DNA of 64,000 nucleotides, taken from the NCBI GenBank assembly GCA_963758635.1, contig CAVWWD010000008.1, forward strand, positions 704,001 to 768,000. The letters run 5' to 3'. Every line of letters begins with the position of its first letter. Positions within the stretch are counted from its first letter, which is position 1. Positions 55,748 to 64,000 of the stretch are shown here, in pieces. Made by a program: the position numbers and the translations under genes. Source of the stretch: an uncultured Candidatus Rokubacteria bacterium (GTDB lineage: Bacteria; Methylomirabilota; Methylomirabilia; Rokubacteriales; CSP1-6). Below the pieces are notes generated by a model. That model worked only from the letters and a program-made list of their open reading frames with translations. It did no database searches and was not told the origin of the DNA.

Positions 55748-57781
55748 ATGCGTCGTCGCAACTGGCCGCACCACTCGCCGCACCGAGAACTGCATCACGT
55801 TGGCGCCGTCGTGGCGCTGTCGCTGGTCCTGTCGGCCTGCGCGACGCCGATCGGGGTCAGGCTCGTGGACGGGCAGGCCGCGCACCGTCTGTTGACCGCG
55901 AGCGCGGTGTCGGCCGGCGAGCTCAGCGCCTACTCGAAACGAACCCTGCTACGCGAGGGGCTGCTCGACGCCTTCGACGGCGACGCGCCGGCGGTCGTCG
56001 CGAAGGTTCACCAGCGCTATGTCGAGCTCTACCGCGAGGGCTCGCCGGCGCAGGAGACCGCGCTCTTCGCCCTCGCCGAGATGGCGTTCCTGCACGGCGA
56101 GAAATCCGGGGACCGGGCGTACTTCCTGGCCTCCGCCGTCTACGCCTACGCGTTCCTGTTTCCGGACGCCGACAGTCCCTCCTGGGCCCTGCCCGGCATC
56201 AGTGGGCCCTTCGATCCGCGTATCAGGACAGCGGCCGACCTGTACAATCGCGCTCTCGCCGAGGGGCTTGCGTCGGGAGGGACCCCCGCGGACCCGGCTC
56301 TTGGCGCCGCGGCGTCGCCTTGGGACCGAGAGGTTCTCCTCACCGCGGGGCGGCGCTCCCTGCCCGTCGGCGAGCTGGACATCGAGGTGGATCCGACCGG
56401 CTTCCGGTGGGCGGGATACACGCTCGATCATTTCGTGCCAACCGCCACTCTCGAGATCCGTGGGCTGCGCAACCGCTATCGCCTGCCGGGGCTGGGCACG
56501 CCGCTGGCGGCGAGCCTTCGTTCCGATGAGGCGGTAGAGGCGAGCCTGCGCCCCGGCGATGCGCGGATTCCCCCCCGGCTGAAGATCCCGGCCAGCGCGC
56601 TGGTGCGCATCCCCGGAGCGCGGCGCGCGGTGGCCACGGGCCGGATCCGAGGGGTCCTGTCCGTGCACACCAGCGATGCCGCGTCGTCGGTGACGATCGA
56701 CGGCCGCGAGATCCCGCTGGAGTACGAGCCGACGGCGGCGCTGGCCTTCACGCTCGAGGGGGCGAAGCTCTGGGACTTCGAGGTGACCGGGTTCTTCTCC
56801 GGGGGCGCCGGCCTCGCCGGGGTGAGAAGCGGCGCGGCGCGCGCCGCGGTCGCTCCTGGCCCCCGCGCCGAGCGCACGGACGACGGACTCTTCCTGATGG
56901 CGCCCTACCGGGCGGGAAGGATGCCGGTGGTCCTGGTGCATGGCACGGCCTCGAGCCCGGCACGCTGGGCGGAGCTCTTCAACGAGCTCGAGTTCGATCC
57001 GCGGATCGACAGCCGGTACCAGTTCTGGCTGTTCATGTACAACACCGGCAACCCGATCGCGTATTCCGGCGCGCTGCTCCGCGAGGCCCTCTCGCGCGCC
57101 GTGGAGCAGCTCGACCCGGACGGGCAGGACGCGGCGCTTCGCCGCATGGTCGTGATCGGGCACAGCCAGGGCGGCCTCCTGGCGAAGCTCACGGCGGTGG
57201 ATAGCGGCAACCGGCTCTGGAACAACGTGAGCGACGCCACGCTCGACGAGCTGACGCTCAAGCCGGAGACGCGCGAGCTCCTCCGGCGCGCCCTCTTCGT
57301 GAAGCCCGTCCCCTACGTGCGCCGCGTGATCTTCGTTGCCACGCCTCACCGCGGCAGCCCGATCGCGGCGATCGGTCTCGCGGGATGGCTCACCCGCTTC
57401 ATCAGCCTGCCCCTCACCCTGTCCTCGGCGGCCGTCGACCTCCTCGCCCAGAACAAGGACCGGCTGGTCCTCCGCTCGCTCACCCGCCTGCCGCGCAGCA
57501 TCGACAACATGTCGCCGTCCAACCCCTTCGTTCTGACGCTGGCCTCCCTGCCGCTGGCCGAGGGCGTGGTCGCGAACTCCGTGATCGCCGTCCAAGGCGA
57601 CGGCCCCCCGGGGCAGGGAAGCGATGGCGTGGTTCCCTACTGGAGCGCGCACGTGGACGGGGTGGAGTCCGAGCTCGTGGTGCGCTCGTCGCATTCGGTG
57701 CAGGGCGACCCCCACGCGGTCGAGGAGATCCGGCGGATCCTCCTCGAGCACGCGGCGGCGTCGGAGCCGGCGAGCCGGTGA
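55748..57781 (+). CDS. lipoprotein with C-terminal alpha/beta hydrolase (lipase-like) domain
   Basis: LSAC lipobox, LVHGTASS, GHSQGG, TPHRGS, DGVVPY. Confidence 0.85.
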   Translation: MRRRNWPHHSPHRELHHVGAVVALSLVLSACATPIGVRLVDGQAAHRLLTASAVSAGELSAYSKRTLLREGLLDAFDGDAPAVVAKVHQRYVELYREGSPAQETALFALAEMAFLHGEKSGDRAYFLASAVYAYAFLFPDADSPSWALPGISGPFDPRIRTAADLYNRALAEGLASGGTPADPALGAAASPWDREVLLTAGRRSLPVGELDIEVDPTGFRWAGYTLDHFVPTATLEIRGLRNRYRLPGLGTPLAASLRSDEAVEASLRPGDARIPPRLKIPASALVRIPGARRAVATGRIRGVLSVHTSDAASSVTIDGREIPLEYEPTAALAFTLEGAKLWDFEVTGFFSGGAGLAGVRSGAARAAVAPGPRAERTDDGLFLMAPYRAGRMPVVLVHGTASSPARWAELFNELEFDPRIDSRYQFWLFMYNTGNPIAYSGALLREALSRAVEQLDPDGQDAALRRMVVIGHSQGGLLAKLTAVDSGNRLWNNVSDATLDELTLKPETRELLRRALFVKPVPYVRRVIFVATPHRGSPIAAIGLAGWLTRFISLPLTLSSAAVDLLAQNKDRLVLRSLTRLPRSIDNMSPSNPFVLTLASLPLAEGVVANSVIAVQGDGPPGQGSDGVVPYWSAHVDGVESELVVRSSHSVQGDPHAVEEIRRILLEHAAASEPASR

Positions 57782-57803
57782 TGCCCGGCCGGTGAGCTCG
57801 CGC

Positions 57804-58829
57804 TCACGCCTGCGCTGCCTCTGAGGCTTCTCCTCCGCCGCGGACGCTCGACTCCATCACGGTCGCCGCCGCGATCTCGTACGACCGCAGGCGTGCGGGC
57901 TGATCGTAGATGTGCGACACCACGATCAGCTCGTCGGCCTGGGTGCGTTCCACGAACGCGCGCATCTGCGCGGACACGGTGTCCGGCGAGCCGACGAACG
58001 AGACGCGCGAGCGCCGCAGCGGATCGGCGGGATCGGACAGGGCCCGCTCCCACTCCTTCGACGGCGGCGGCAGCTGGATGGGGCGGCCGGATCGCAGGCT
58101 GGCGAACGACTGGCGGCCCGACGATGCCAGGAACCGCGCCTCGTCGTCGGTGTCCGCGGCCACCACGTTGACCCCCAGCATCACGTACGGGGCAGGAAGC
58201 TGGGCCGAGGGCCTGAAGCGCGCCCGATAGATGCCGATCGCGTCGAAGAGCATGGCGGGCGCGAAGTGCGAGGCGAAGACGAACGGCAGGCCGAACGCCG
58301 CGGCGACCTGGGCGCCAAACGTGCTGGAGCCGAGAATCCAGACGGGCACGCGCAGGCCGGCCCCGGGCACCGCGTGCACGGGCTGGCCGGGTTGAGGGTC
58401 GGCCAGGAGCTCCATCACCTCGAGCACGTCGTTGGGGAAGTTGTCGGGATCGGCGTTCAAGGTGCGCCGGAGGGCCATCGCGGCGGACGGGTCAGTGCCC
58501 GGGGCTCGACCCAGGCCGAGATCGATGCGGCCGGGGAACAGCGACTCCAGCGTGCCGAACTGCTCGGCGACCTGCAGGGGCGCGTGATTCGGCAGCATGA
58601 TTCCCCCGGCGCCAATCCGGATCCGAGAGGTACCAGCGCCGACGTGCCCAATGAGCACGGCGGTGGCCGCGCTCCCGATGCCGGGCATGTTGTGGTGCTC
58701 GGCCAGCCAGAAGCGCGTGTAGCCGAGCCGCTCCGCGTGCCGCGCCAGCTCCAGCGTGTGGGCGAAGGCCAGTGCCGGCGTGCCGCCTTGGACGATAGGA
58801 GCGAGATCCAGGACCGAGAGGGGAATCAT
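57804..58829 (-). CDS. LLM-class luciferase-like monooxygenase (YhbW type)
   Basis: [29 protein letters not shown]. Confidence 0.92.
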   Translation of the reverse strand: MIPLSVLDLAPIVQGGTPALAFAHTLELARHAERLGYTRFWLAEHHNMPGIGSAATAVLIGHVGAGTSRIRIGAGGIMLPNHAPLQVAEQFGTLESLFPGRIDLGLGRAPGTDPSAAMALRRTLNADPDNFPNDVLEVMELLADPQPGQPVHAVPGAGLRVPVWILGSSTFGAQVAAAFGLPFVFASHFAPAMLFDAIGIYRARFRPSAQLPAPYVMLGVNVVAADTDDEARFLASSGRQSFASLRSGRPIQLPPPSKEWERALSDPADPLRRSRVSFVGSPDTVSAQMRAFVERTQADELIVVSHIYDQPARLRSYEIAAATVMESSVRGGGEASEAAQA

Positions 58830-58899
58830 CTCCGCCAGGATACACGCTCCCGTGAGCGGTTGGCGACCCGGGAGTATCCTGCTGAGCGCGGACGGAATA

Positions 58900-58998
58900 C
58901 TAGCTGAACAGCAGCGCCGCCGCCCCGACGCACAGCGCGAGCGCGGCGAGGCCTCCCAAGAGCGCGGGCCAGTTCTCGTCTCCGGTTCCCTTCTCCAC
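58900..58998 (-). CDS. candidate 32-aa single-TM small protein
   Basis: AAGGAG 5 nt before [35 protein letters not shown]. Confidence 0.45.
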   Translation of the reverse strand: MEKGTGDENWPALLGGLAALALCVGAAALLFS

Positions 58999-59309
58999 GG
59001 CATCTCCTTCTTGCGAACGCGCAGTCTGGGGGCCGATACTGCAACGGCAGTGCCGCCGCGCTAGATGCCCGATTTCTTTCGTGTCGGAGCGCATGCGAAG
59101 GACTGAGAGACGCGTGCGCCTGAGATCAGGCGGCGGCTTCTCTCCTTCGGGAAACTTTTCGGCTTGTCGTCCCGCGAAGATTTTGCCGGGTGTCCGTCCG
59201 GGGCCCGGGCGGACAAGAGCCTCTCGACACGGCCGCGAGCCGGGCGCAGTATGTCGTTGCCGGCGATCCAATTCCCAACCCCAGAGGACGATCCGTGAGG
59301 AGGCCAGCA

Positions 59310-60803
59310 ATGCGAGCACCGATACTTTTGCTCAGCGCGATCCTGTGCTTCTCGCCGCTCACCGCCGACGCTCAGGGGCTCGATGCCGTCGCGAAGGCTC
59401 TTGGCGCGACCAACCTGCAGTCGATGATCACCGCCGACGCTCAGGGGCTCGATGCCGTCGCGAAGGCTCTTGGCGCGACCAACCTGCAGTCGATCGAGAT
59501 CCAGGGGGGCGGCTCGTTCTTCTGGGTCGGGCAGGCCTACACCGCGGGCACGGCCTGGCCGCAGTTCAACGTGCGGAGCCTGACCCGCGTGATCAACTAC
59601 GACACGGCTTCACTCCGGGAGGAGATGGTTCGCACGCGCACGCTCGAGCCGCCCAAGGGGGGCGGGCCGTACGTTCGCGGCGAGCACAAGGCGGTGGCCT
59701 TCCTCAGTGGTGATCACGCCTGGAACATCGTGGGCGACGCCGCGGCGCCGGCGCCGATCACGGTCGCGGACCGGCAATTCCAGCTCTGGTCGACCCCGCA
59801 CGGCATCGTCAAGGCCGCGATGGCGGGCAAGGGCACGATCCAGGGGCGCACGATCACCTTCGGGATCCCGGGCCGCTTCAAGGGGATCGCGACCCTCGAC
59901 GCCGCCAACATGGTCGAGCGCGTCGAGGCGACGGTGGCGTATCCCGTCGTGGGCGACATGCCCGTCACGGTGACCTACGCGGACTACAAGGACTTCGGCG
60001 GCGTGAAGTTCCCGACGAGGATCCGGCAGACCTACGGGGGCCACCCGGCGCTCGAGCTCACGGTGACGGAGGTCAAGGCCAACGTCGCCGCCGACATCGC
60101 GGTCCCCGACAACGTCAAGCAGGCGACCAGCCCCTACGCGCGCGTCCAGAGCCAGAAGGCCGCCGACGGGGTGTGGTACGTGACGGGCGGCTCGCATCAC
60201 AGCGTGGTGATCGAGATGAGCGATCACGTGATCGTCGTGGAGGGGCCGCTGAACGACGAGCGCGCGCTGGCCGTCATCAAGGAGACGCGCACGCTCGTGC
60301 CGAGCAAGCCGATCAAGTATCTCGTCGTCAGCCACAGCCACTTCGACCACTCGGGCGGCGTGCGCGCGTTCGTGGGCGAGGGCGCGACGCTGATCACCCA
60401 CGACGCGAGCCGGCCGTACTTCGAGAGGATCCTCGCGGGGCCGGCGACCGTGAGCCCGGACCATCTCGCGAAGTCCGGCAAGAAGGCCACGGTGGAAGGC
60501 GTTCGCGATCGCCGTGTGCTGACCGACGGGACGCGGACCGTCGAGATCCGTCAGATCGCCGGCATCCAGCACGCCGACGACATGCTGATGGTCTATCTGC
60601 CGAAGGAGAAGTTCCTGATCGAGGCTGACGCGTACACGCCCCCGGCGCCGAACGCGCAGCCGATGAGCCCGCCGAGCCCGTTCAACGTCAGCCTCGCGGA
60701 GAACGTCAAGAATCAGGGGCTCGCGGTCGACCAGATCCTCCCGCTGCACGGCCGCATCGTTCCGCTGGCGGAGCTCCACAAGGCAGCCGGCATCACGCCC
60801 TGA
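59310..60803 (+). CDS. secreted MBL-fold metallo-hydrolase
   Basis: GAGGAGG RBS, signal peptide, SHSHFDHSGG, HADDML, PLHG. Confidence 0.88.
   Translation: MRAPILLLSAILCFSPLTADAQGLDAVAKALGATNLQSMITADAQGLDAVAKALGATNLQSIEIQGGGSFFWVGQAYTAGTAWPQFNVRSLTRVINYDTASLREEMVRTRTLEPPKGGGPYVRGEHKAVAFLSGDHAWNIVGDAAAPAPITVADRQFQLWSTPHGIVKAAMAGKGTIQGRTITFGIPGRFKGIATLDAANMVERVEATVAYPVVGDMPVTVTYADYKDFGGVKFPTRIRQTYGGHPALELTVTEVKANVAADIAVPDNVKQATSPYARVQSQKAADGVWYVTGGSHHSVVIEMSDHVIVVEGPLNDERALAVIKETRTLVPSKPIKYLVVSHSHFDHSGGVRAFVGEGATLITHDASRPYFERILAGPATVSPDHLAKSGKKATVEGVRDRRVLTDGTRTVEIRQIAGIQHADDMLMVYLPKEKFLIEADAYTPPAPNAQPMSPPSPFNVSLAENVKNQGLAVDQILPLHGRIVPLAELHKAAGITP
59359..59494 (+). repeat. exact 67-bp duplication (period 69) within the MBL gene
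   Basis: 59359-59425 equals 59428-59494. Confidence 0.95.
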
Positions 60804-60812
60804 CTCTCTGAG

Positions 60813-60836
60813 CCGGGGGGCCTCCGGGCCCCCCGG
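60813..60836. terminator. GC hairpin between convergent genes
   Basis: ccggggggcc-tccg-ggccccccgg; no U tract. Confidence 0.45.
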
Positions 60837-60855
60837 TCGTCAGTGGCTGATCGCG

Positions 60856-61646
60856 TCAGTGCCGCGCAAGGAAGGCCAGCACCGCTTCGTTGAACGCCGC
60901 CGCCTGCTCCAGGTTGGACAGATGCGCCGCGTCCTTCAGGATGACCAGCTCGGAGCCGGCCACACGCTGGTGGATGGTGCGCGCCATGTCCACGGTGGTC
61001 GCGGGGTCGTCGGCGCCGACCACGATCAGGGTGGGAGTGGTGATCGCAGGGAGTCGATCGGTGAGGTTGAGCTTCGCGATGGCCTGGCAGCAGGCGATGT
61101 AGCCGTCCATCGGCGTCGTTCGCACCATGCCCCGGACGATGTCGGCCATGGCGGGACGGTTCTTGACCGTGTCGGGGGTGAGGAATCGCGCCACCGTGGG
61201 CTCCACCATGGCCTCCATGCTCCCGCCCGCCTTGACGGCGTCGATGCGCTGCTGCCAGAGGGCGGGATCGCCGAGGGGATCCCGGCTGGTGGTGTCGCAC
61301 AGCACCAGGGTGCGTAGCACGCCCGGGTTCTTCAGCGCCATGGTCATGCCCGTCATGCCGCCCATGGACAGGCCGACGAAGTGCGTGCGTGTGATCTGGA
61401 GGGCGTCCAGCAACGCCAGCACGTCGTCGGCGAGGAGCTCGAAGCTGTAGGGGCCCGGCGCCACGTCGGTCTCGCCGTGGCCCGCTTGTCATAGCGCAGC
61501 ACGCGGTACTGCCTGGTGAAGTCGGCGATCTGCGGGTCCCACATGCGGTGCGTGGTCGCCAGCGAGTTGCTCATGGTGACCCAGGGCGCGCCCTCGGGGC
61601 CGTCGATCCGGTAGTTGATGTTGATGCCGTTGACCTTGATCTTCAT
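60856..61646 (-). CDS. pcaD: 3-oxoadipate enol-lactonase (apparent frameshift ~61483)
   Basis: MSNSLAT, WDPQ, YDKR, GLSMGG, AAHLSNLEQ. Confidence 0.85.
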
Positions 61647-61805
61647 GGGTTCTCCTTCGCCTCCATCTGGAAGCACGTACTCGCGGATACGCGTCTTGGC
61701 CCACGTACAGCGCGGAGCAGGCGCCTGTCAAGGGGTTTCGGCTCTGTTGCGCGCGGATGACCGAGACTTTCGGCTCTGTCGCAACGCGGGATGATCGGGA
61801 TGACA

Positions 61806-62778
61806 TCAGTCCCGAAGTGACGCGCCGAGCAGGCTGTGCGGGTCCACGCGCGCGCGTCCCACCTGCGCGGCGAAGTGCAGGTGCGGCCCGGTGGCGCGGC
61901 CGGTGGCGCCGACGGTGCCGAGCGCCTCGCCCCGGTCCACCAGCGCGCCCTCCACGGCGTCCACGCGGTCGAGGTGCATGTAGAGCGTGTAGAGGCCGAG
62001 ACCGTGGTCGAGGACGACGAGGCGGCCGGGGAAGAAGAAGTCGCCCACCAGCGCGACTCGACCGCGGTTGGCGGCGAGGACCGGCGTCCCCCGGCTCGCG
62101 GTGTAGTCGAGCCCGGAGTGCGGGCGCCGCGGCTGGCCGTTGATGATGCGACGCGCTCCGAAGCCGTGTCCCTCGCTCTCGCCGCCCGACCGGTCGCGCG
62201 AACGGGCCCCGCCAGAGGCGCTCCGGGGTGAGGGTGTCGTAGAGCGCGGTGAGTCTCTCCGCTTCGGCCTGGGCTCGGCGCAGCGTCTCCGGATCCAGAT
62301 CCACCTGTTGCCTGGGCAGGGTGAGGCGTTGCACCGGGAACTGCCGCGCCTGGACCGCGAGCCCGCCGGTCGCCGCGCGTGACGCGCCGGCCCCGTCCAC
62401 GACCTCGATGCGCCACGGCGTTCGGCCAGGCGGCGTCTCGAGGTCGATCCCCACGATGGCCGCGTGGCCGTCGCCCTGCGGGAAGAAGTGCAACGCGCGT
62501 TCGCCGAGGCGGCCCGTCACCTCGCGGGCTCCGGACGCGCCCCCGACGGAGACGAGGGCGACGTCACCCTGGCGCAGAGCGCTGGGCGCGATCCGGACGT
62601 CGAGGGGAGGGCTTGCGGCGAGCGCCGGCGCCGTCAGAGCTCTCGACGGCGGACCCGCGATGAACGGCACGAACGCGAAGCCGAACGCGAGGCAGAGCGC
62701 GAACGCATGGCCGAGGCGACACGACCACCCGCCATTCAAGCGGGTGGTCGGCGCCGCCAGGCTCATGGGCCCCATCAT
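61806..62778 (-). CDS. M23 family metallopeptidase (apparent frameshift ~62190)
   Basis: PHSGLD, LDHGLGLYTLYMHL, TGRATGPHLH. Confidence 0.85.
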
Positions 62779-62802
62779 GGCATGGGGCGTCGCGCCGGTG
62801 GT

Positions 62803-63441
62803 CTAGCGTCGCCTCGGCCGGCGAACCGCGCGCACCTTGCCGCTCGGTCCTCCGCCGCAGAAGAACCGGTCGCCGCCGTCGGACTCGAGGCCCGACACGC
62901 CCACTCCCGGCGGCATCGCGAGGCTCTCCAGCACCTCTCCCGTCCGCGGATCGACGCGCCTCAGCTCGCTCTCGTCGCCTTCCCAGGTGCCGTGCCAGAG
63001 CTCTCCGTCGACCCAGGTGACGCCGGTGACGAACCGATTGGACTCGATCGTGCGGAGGATCGCCCCGGTCTCGGGATCCACCTGGTGGATCTTCCGGGCC
63101 CGATACTCGCCGACCCAGAGCGTCCCCTCGGCCCACGCGAGGCCCGAGTCCCCGCCGCCGCCCGGCGCCGGGATGGTGGCGAGGACGCGGCCGGTCGTCG
63201 GATCGATCTTCTGGATGCGAGCCTCGGCGATCTGGTAGAGGTGCTGGCCATCGAAGGCCGTCCCGGCATGCGCGGCGGCGTCGATCGACCGCCGCGTCTT
63301 GCCGCTGGTCGGGTCGAGGGCGTGCAGCTTGTCTCCGGCGGCGAGCCAGACGTGCTGACCGTCATACGTGACGCCATGCACCTGGTCGACCCCCGGAAGG
63401 GGACCGTACTCACGGATGATCTCGGCCGTTGATGTGTTCAT
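62803..63441 (-). CDS. glutaminyl cyclase-like / Vgb-type beta-propeller protein
   Basis: repeated blades GVTYDGQHVW, GTAFDGQHLY, GLAWAEGTLW. Confidence 0.75.
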   Translation of the reverse strand: MNTSTAEIIREYGPLPGVDQVHGVTYDGQHVWLAAGDKLHALDPTSGKTRRSIDAAAHAGTAFDGQHLYQIAEARIQKIDPTTGRVLATIPAPGGGGDSGLAWAEGTLWVGEYRARKIHQVDPETGAILRTIESNRFVTGVTWVDGELWHGTWEGDESELRRVDPRTGEVLESLAMPPGVGVSGLESDGGDRFFCGGGPSGKVRAVRRPRRR

Positions 63442-63450
63442 GTGCCCATC

Positions 63451-64000
63451 CTAGCCACTCGGCAGGGGGGCGGGGAGTAACAAGGTCGTCGCGAATCCCG
63501 GCAGGGGCGGGGCCATCCAGCGACGAGCACGGGCGCGACCGAGAGGCCGCACCTTCCCGGCGGCGGCAAGCGCGTCGAGGGCCCGCTGCACGGTGCGCTG
63601 GCTGGCTCCGAGCGCAAGCGCCAGGGCCGAGCTCGACCACGACTCACCGTCGGCGAGGAAGGCGAGCACCGCGGCATGCTCGCCCTCGACCGGCGGCGCC
63701 AGCACGACCACCGTGCGGCCGCGGCGCGGCGCCAGGGCGAATCCTCGCCTCGTCGCGCTGACCGCGGCCAGGGGGCTGAGCACGGTCCGAAGCCGCCCGG
63801 CTTCCACTCGCAGCCGCGCGCGGTGAGATTCGTCGGCCTGCCGCGCGCCGAATGCCCGCGCGACGAGCAGGTCCCTCGCCGCATCTCCGGGCCACGCCTC
63901 GCCCAGCGCGCGAGCGACGGCGAACAATACCGGCCGCCGCGCGAGCGAGACGACCGTGGCGGCATGGCGCACGACGTGGCGACACGCGTCCACGACGAGC
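63451..64000 (-). CDS. HTH-domain DNA-binding protein (5' end outside window)
   Basis: WSSSALALALGASQRTVQRAL helix-turn-helix. Confidence 0.7.
   Translation of the reverse strand, partial: LVVDACRHVVRHAATVVSLARRPVLFAVARALGEAWPGDAARDLLVARAFGARQADESHRARLRVEAGRLRTVLSPLAAVSATRRGFALAPRRGRTVVVLAPPVEGEHAAVLAFLADGESWSSSALALALGASQRTVQRALDALAAAGKVRPLGRARARRWMAPPLPGFATTLLLPAPLPSG

Noticed and set aside
61735..61805. Short repeats (tttcggctctgt twice, gggatga twice) upstream of pcaD
   Set aside because: Too short and too few to support a specific call; possibly regulator sites.

Overview
High-GC (~70%) bacterial chromosomal window; gene content and style suggest a Rokubacteria/Methylomirabilota-like soil organism (inference only). 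1-39.9 kb is core-like: pncA, a PIG-L/FAAL/LLM operon, uvrA-pyk, aminotransferases, a thioredoxin-fold gene with an in-frame TGA in a U-x-x-C motif (probable selenoprotein), a radical SAM/HhH DNA-repair gene, a serine hydrolase-NamZ fusion, a DUF4015-type hydrolase plus polysaccharide deacetylase, NAD-linked formate dehydrogenase, futalosine-type menaquinone genes, HU, tRNA-Gln and tRNA-Glu. A decayed island starts at the tRNA-Glu 3' end: recombinase remnant, two complementary higBA halves, an MNT fragment, an insertion-disrupted flavoprotein, a Gly/Ala-rich PEP-CTERM-like protein and an NRPS fragment. Non-coding DNA holds four small repeat families, including a ~78-bp MITE with three different 4-bp NNAG target duplications and a ~160-bp hairpin element with covarying arms around an invariant 61-bp core. 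Two adjacent promoters share a GAC-N5-GTC operator-like motif, and many genes look leaderless. About a dozen single-base frameshifts, including in uvrA and pyk, are most likely sequencing errors. No CRISPR array and no intact transposase seen. No single novel system can be proven from sequence alone; the best leads are the selenoprotein, repeat families A-C and the shared operator.
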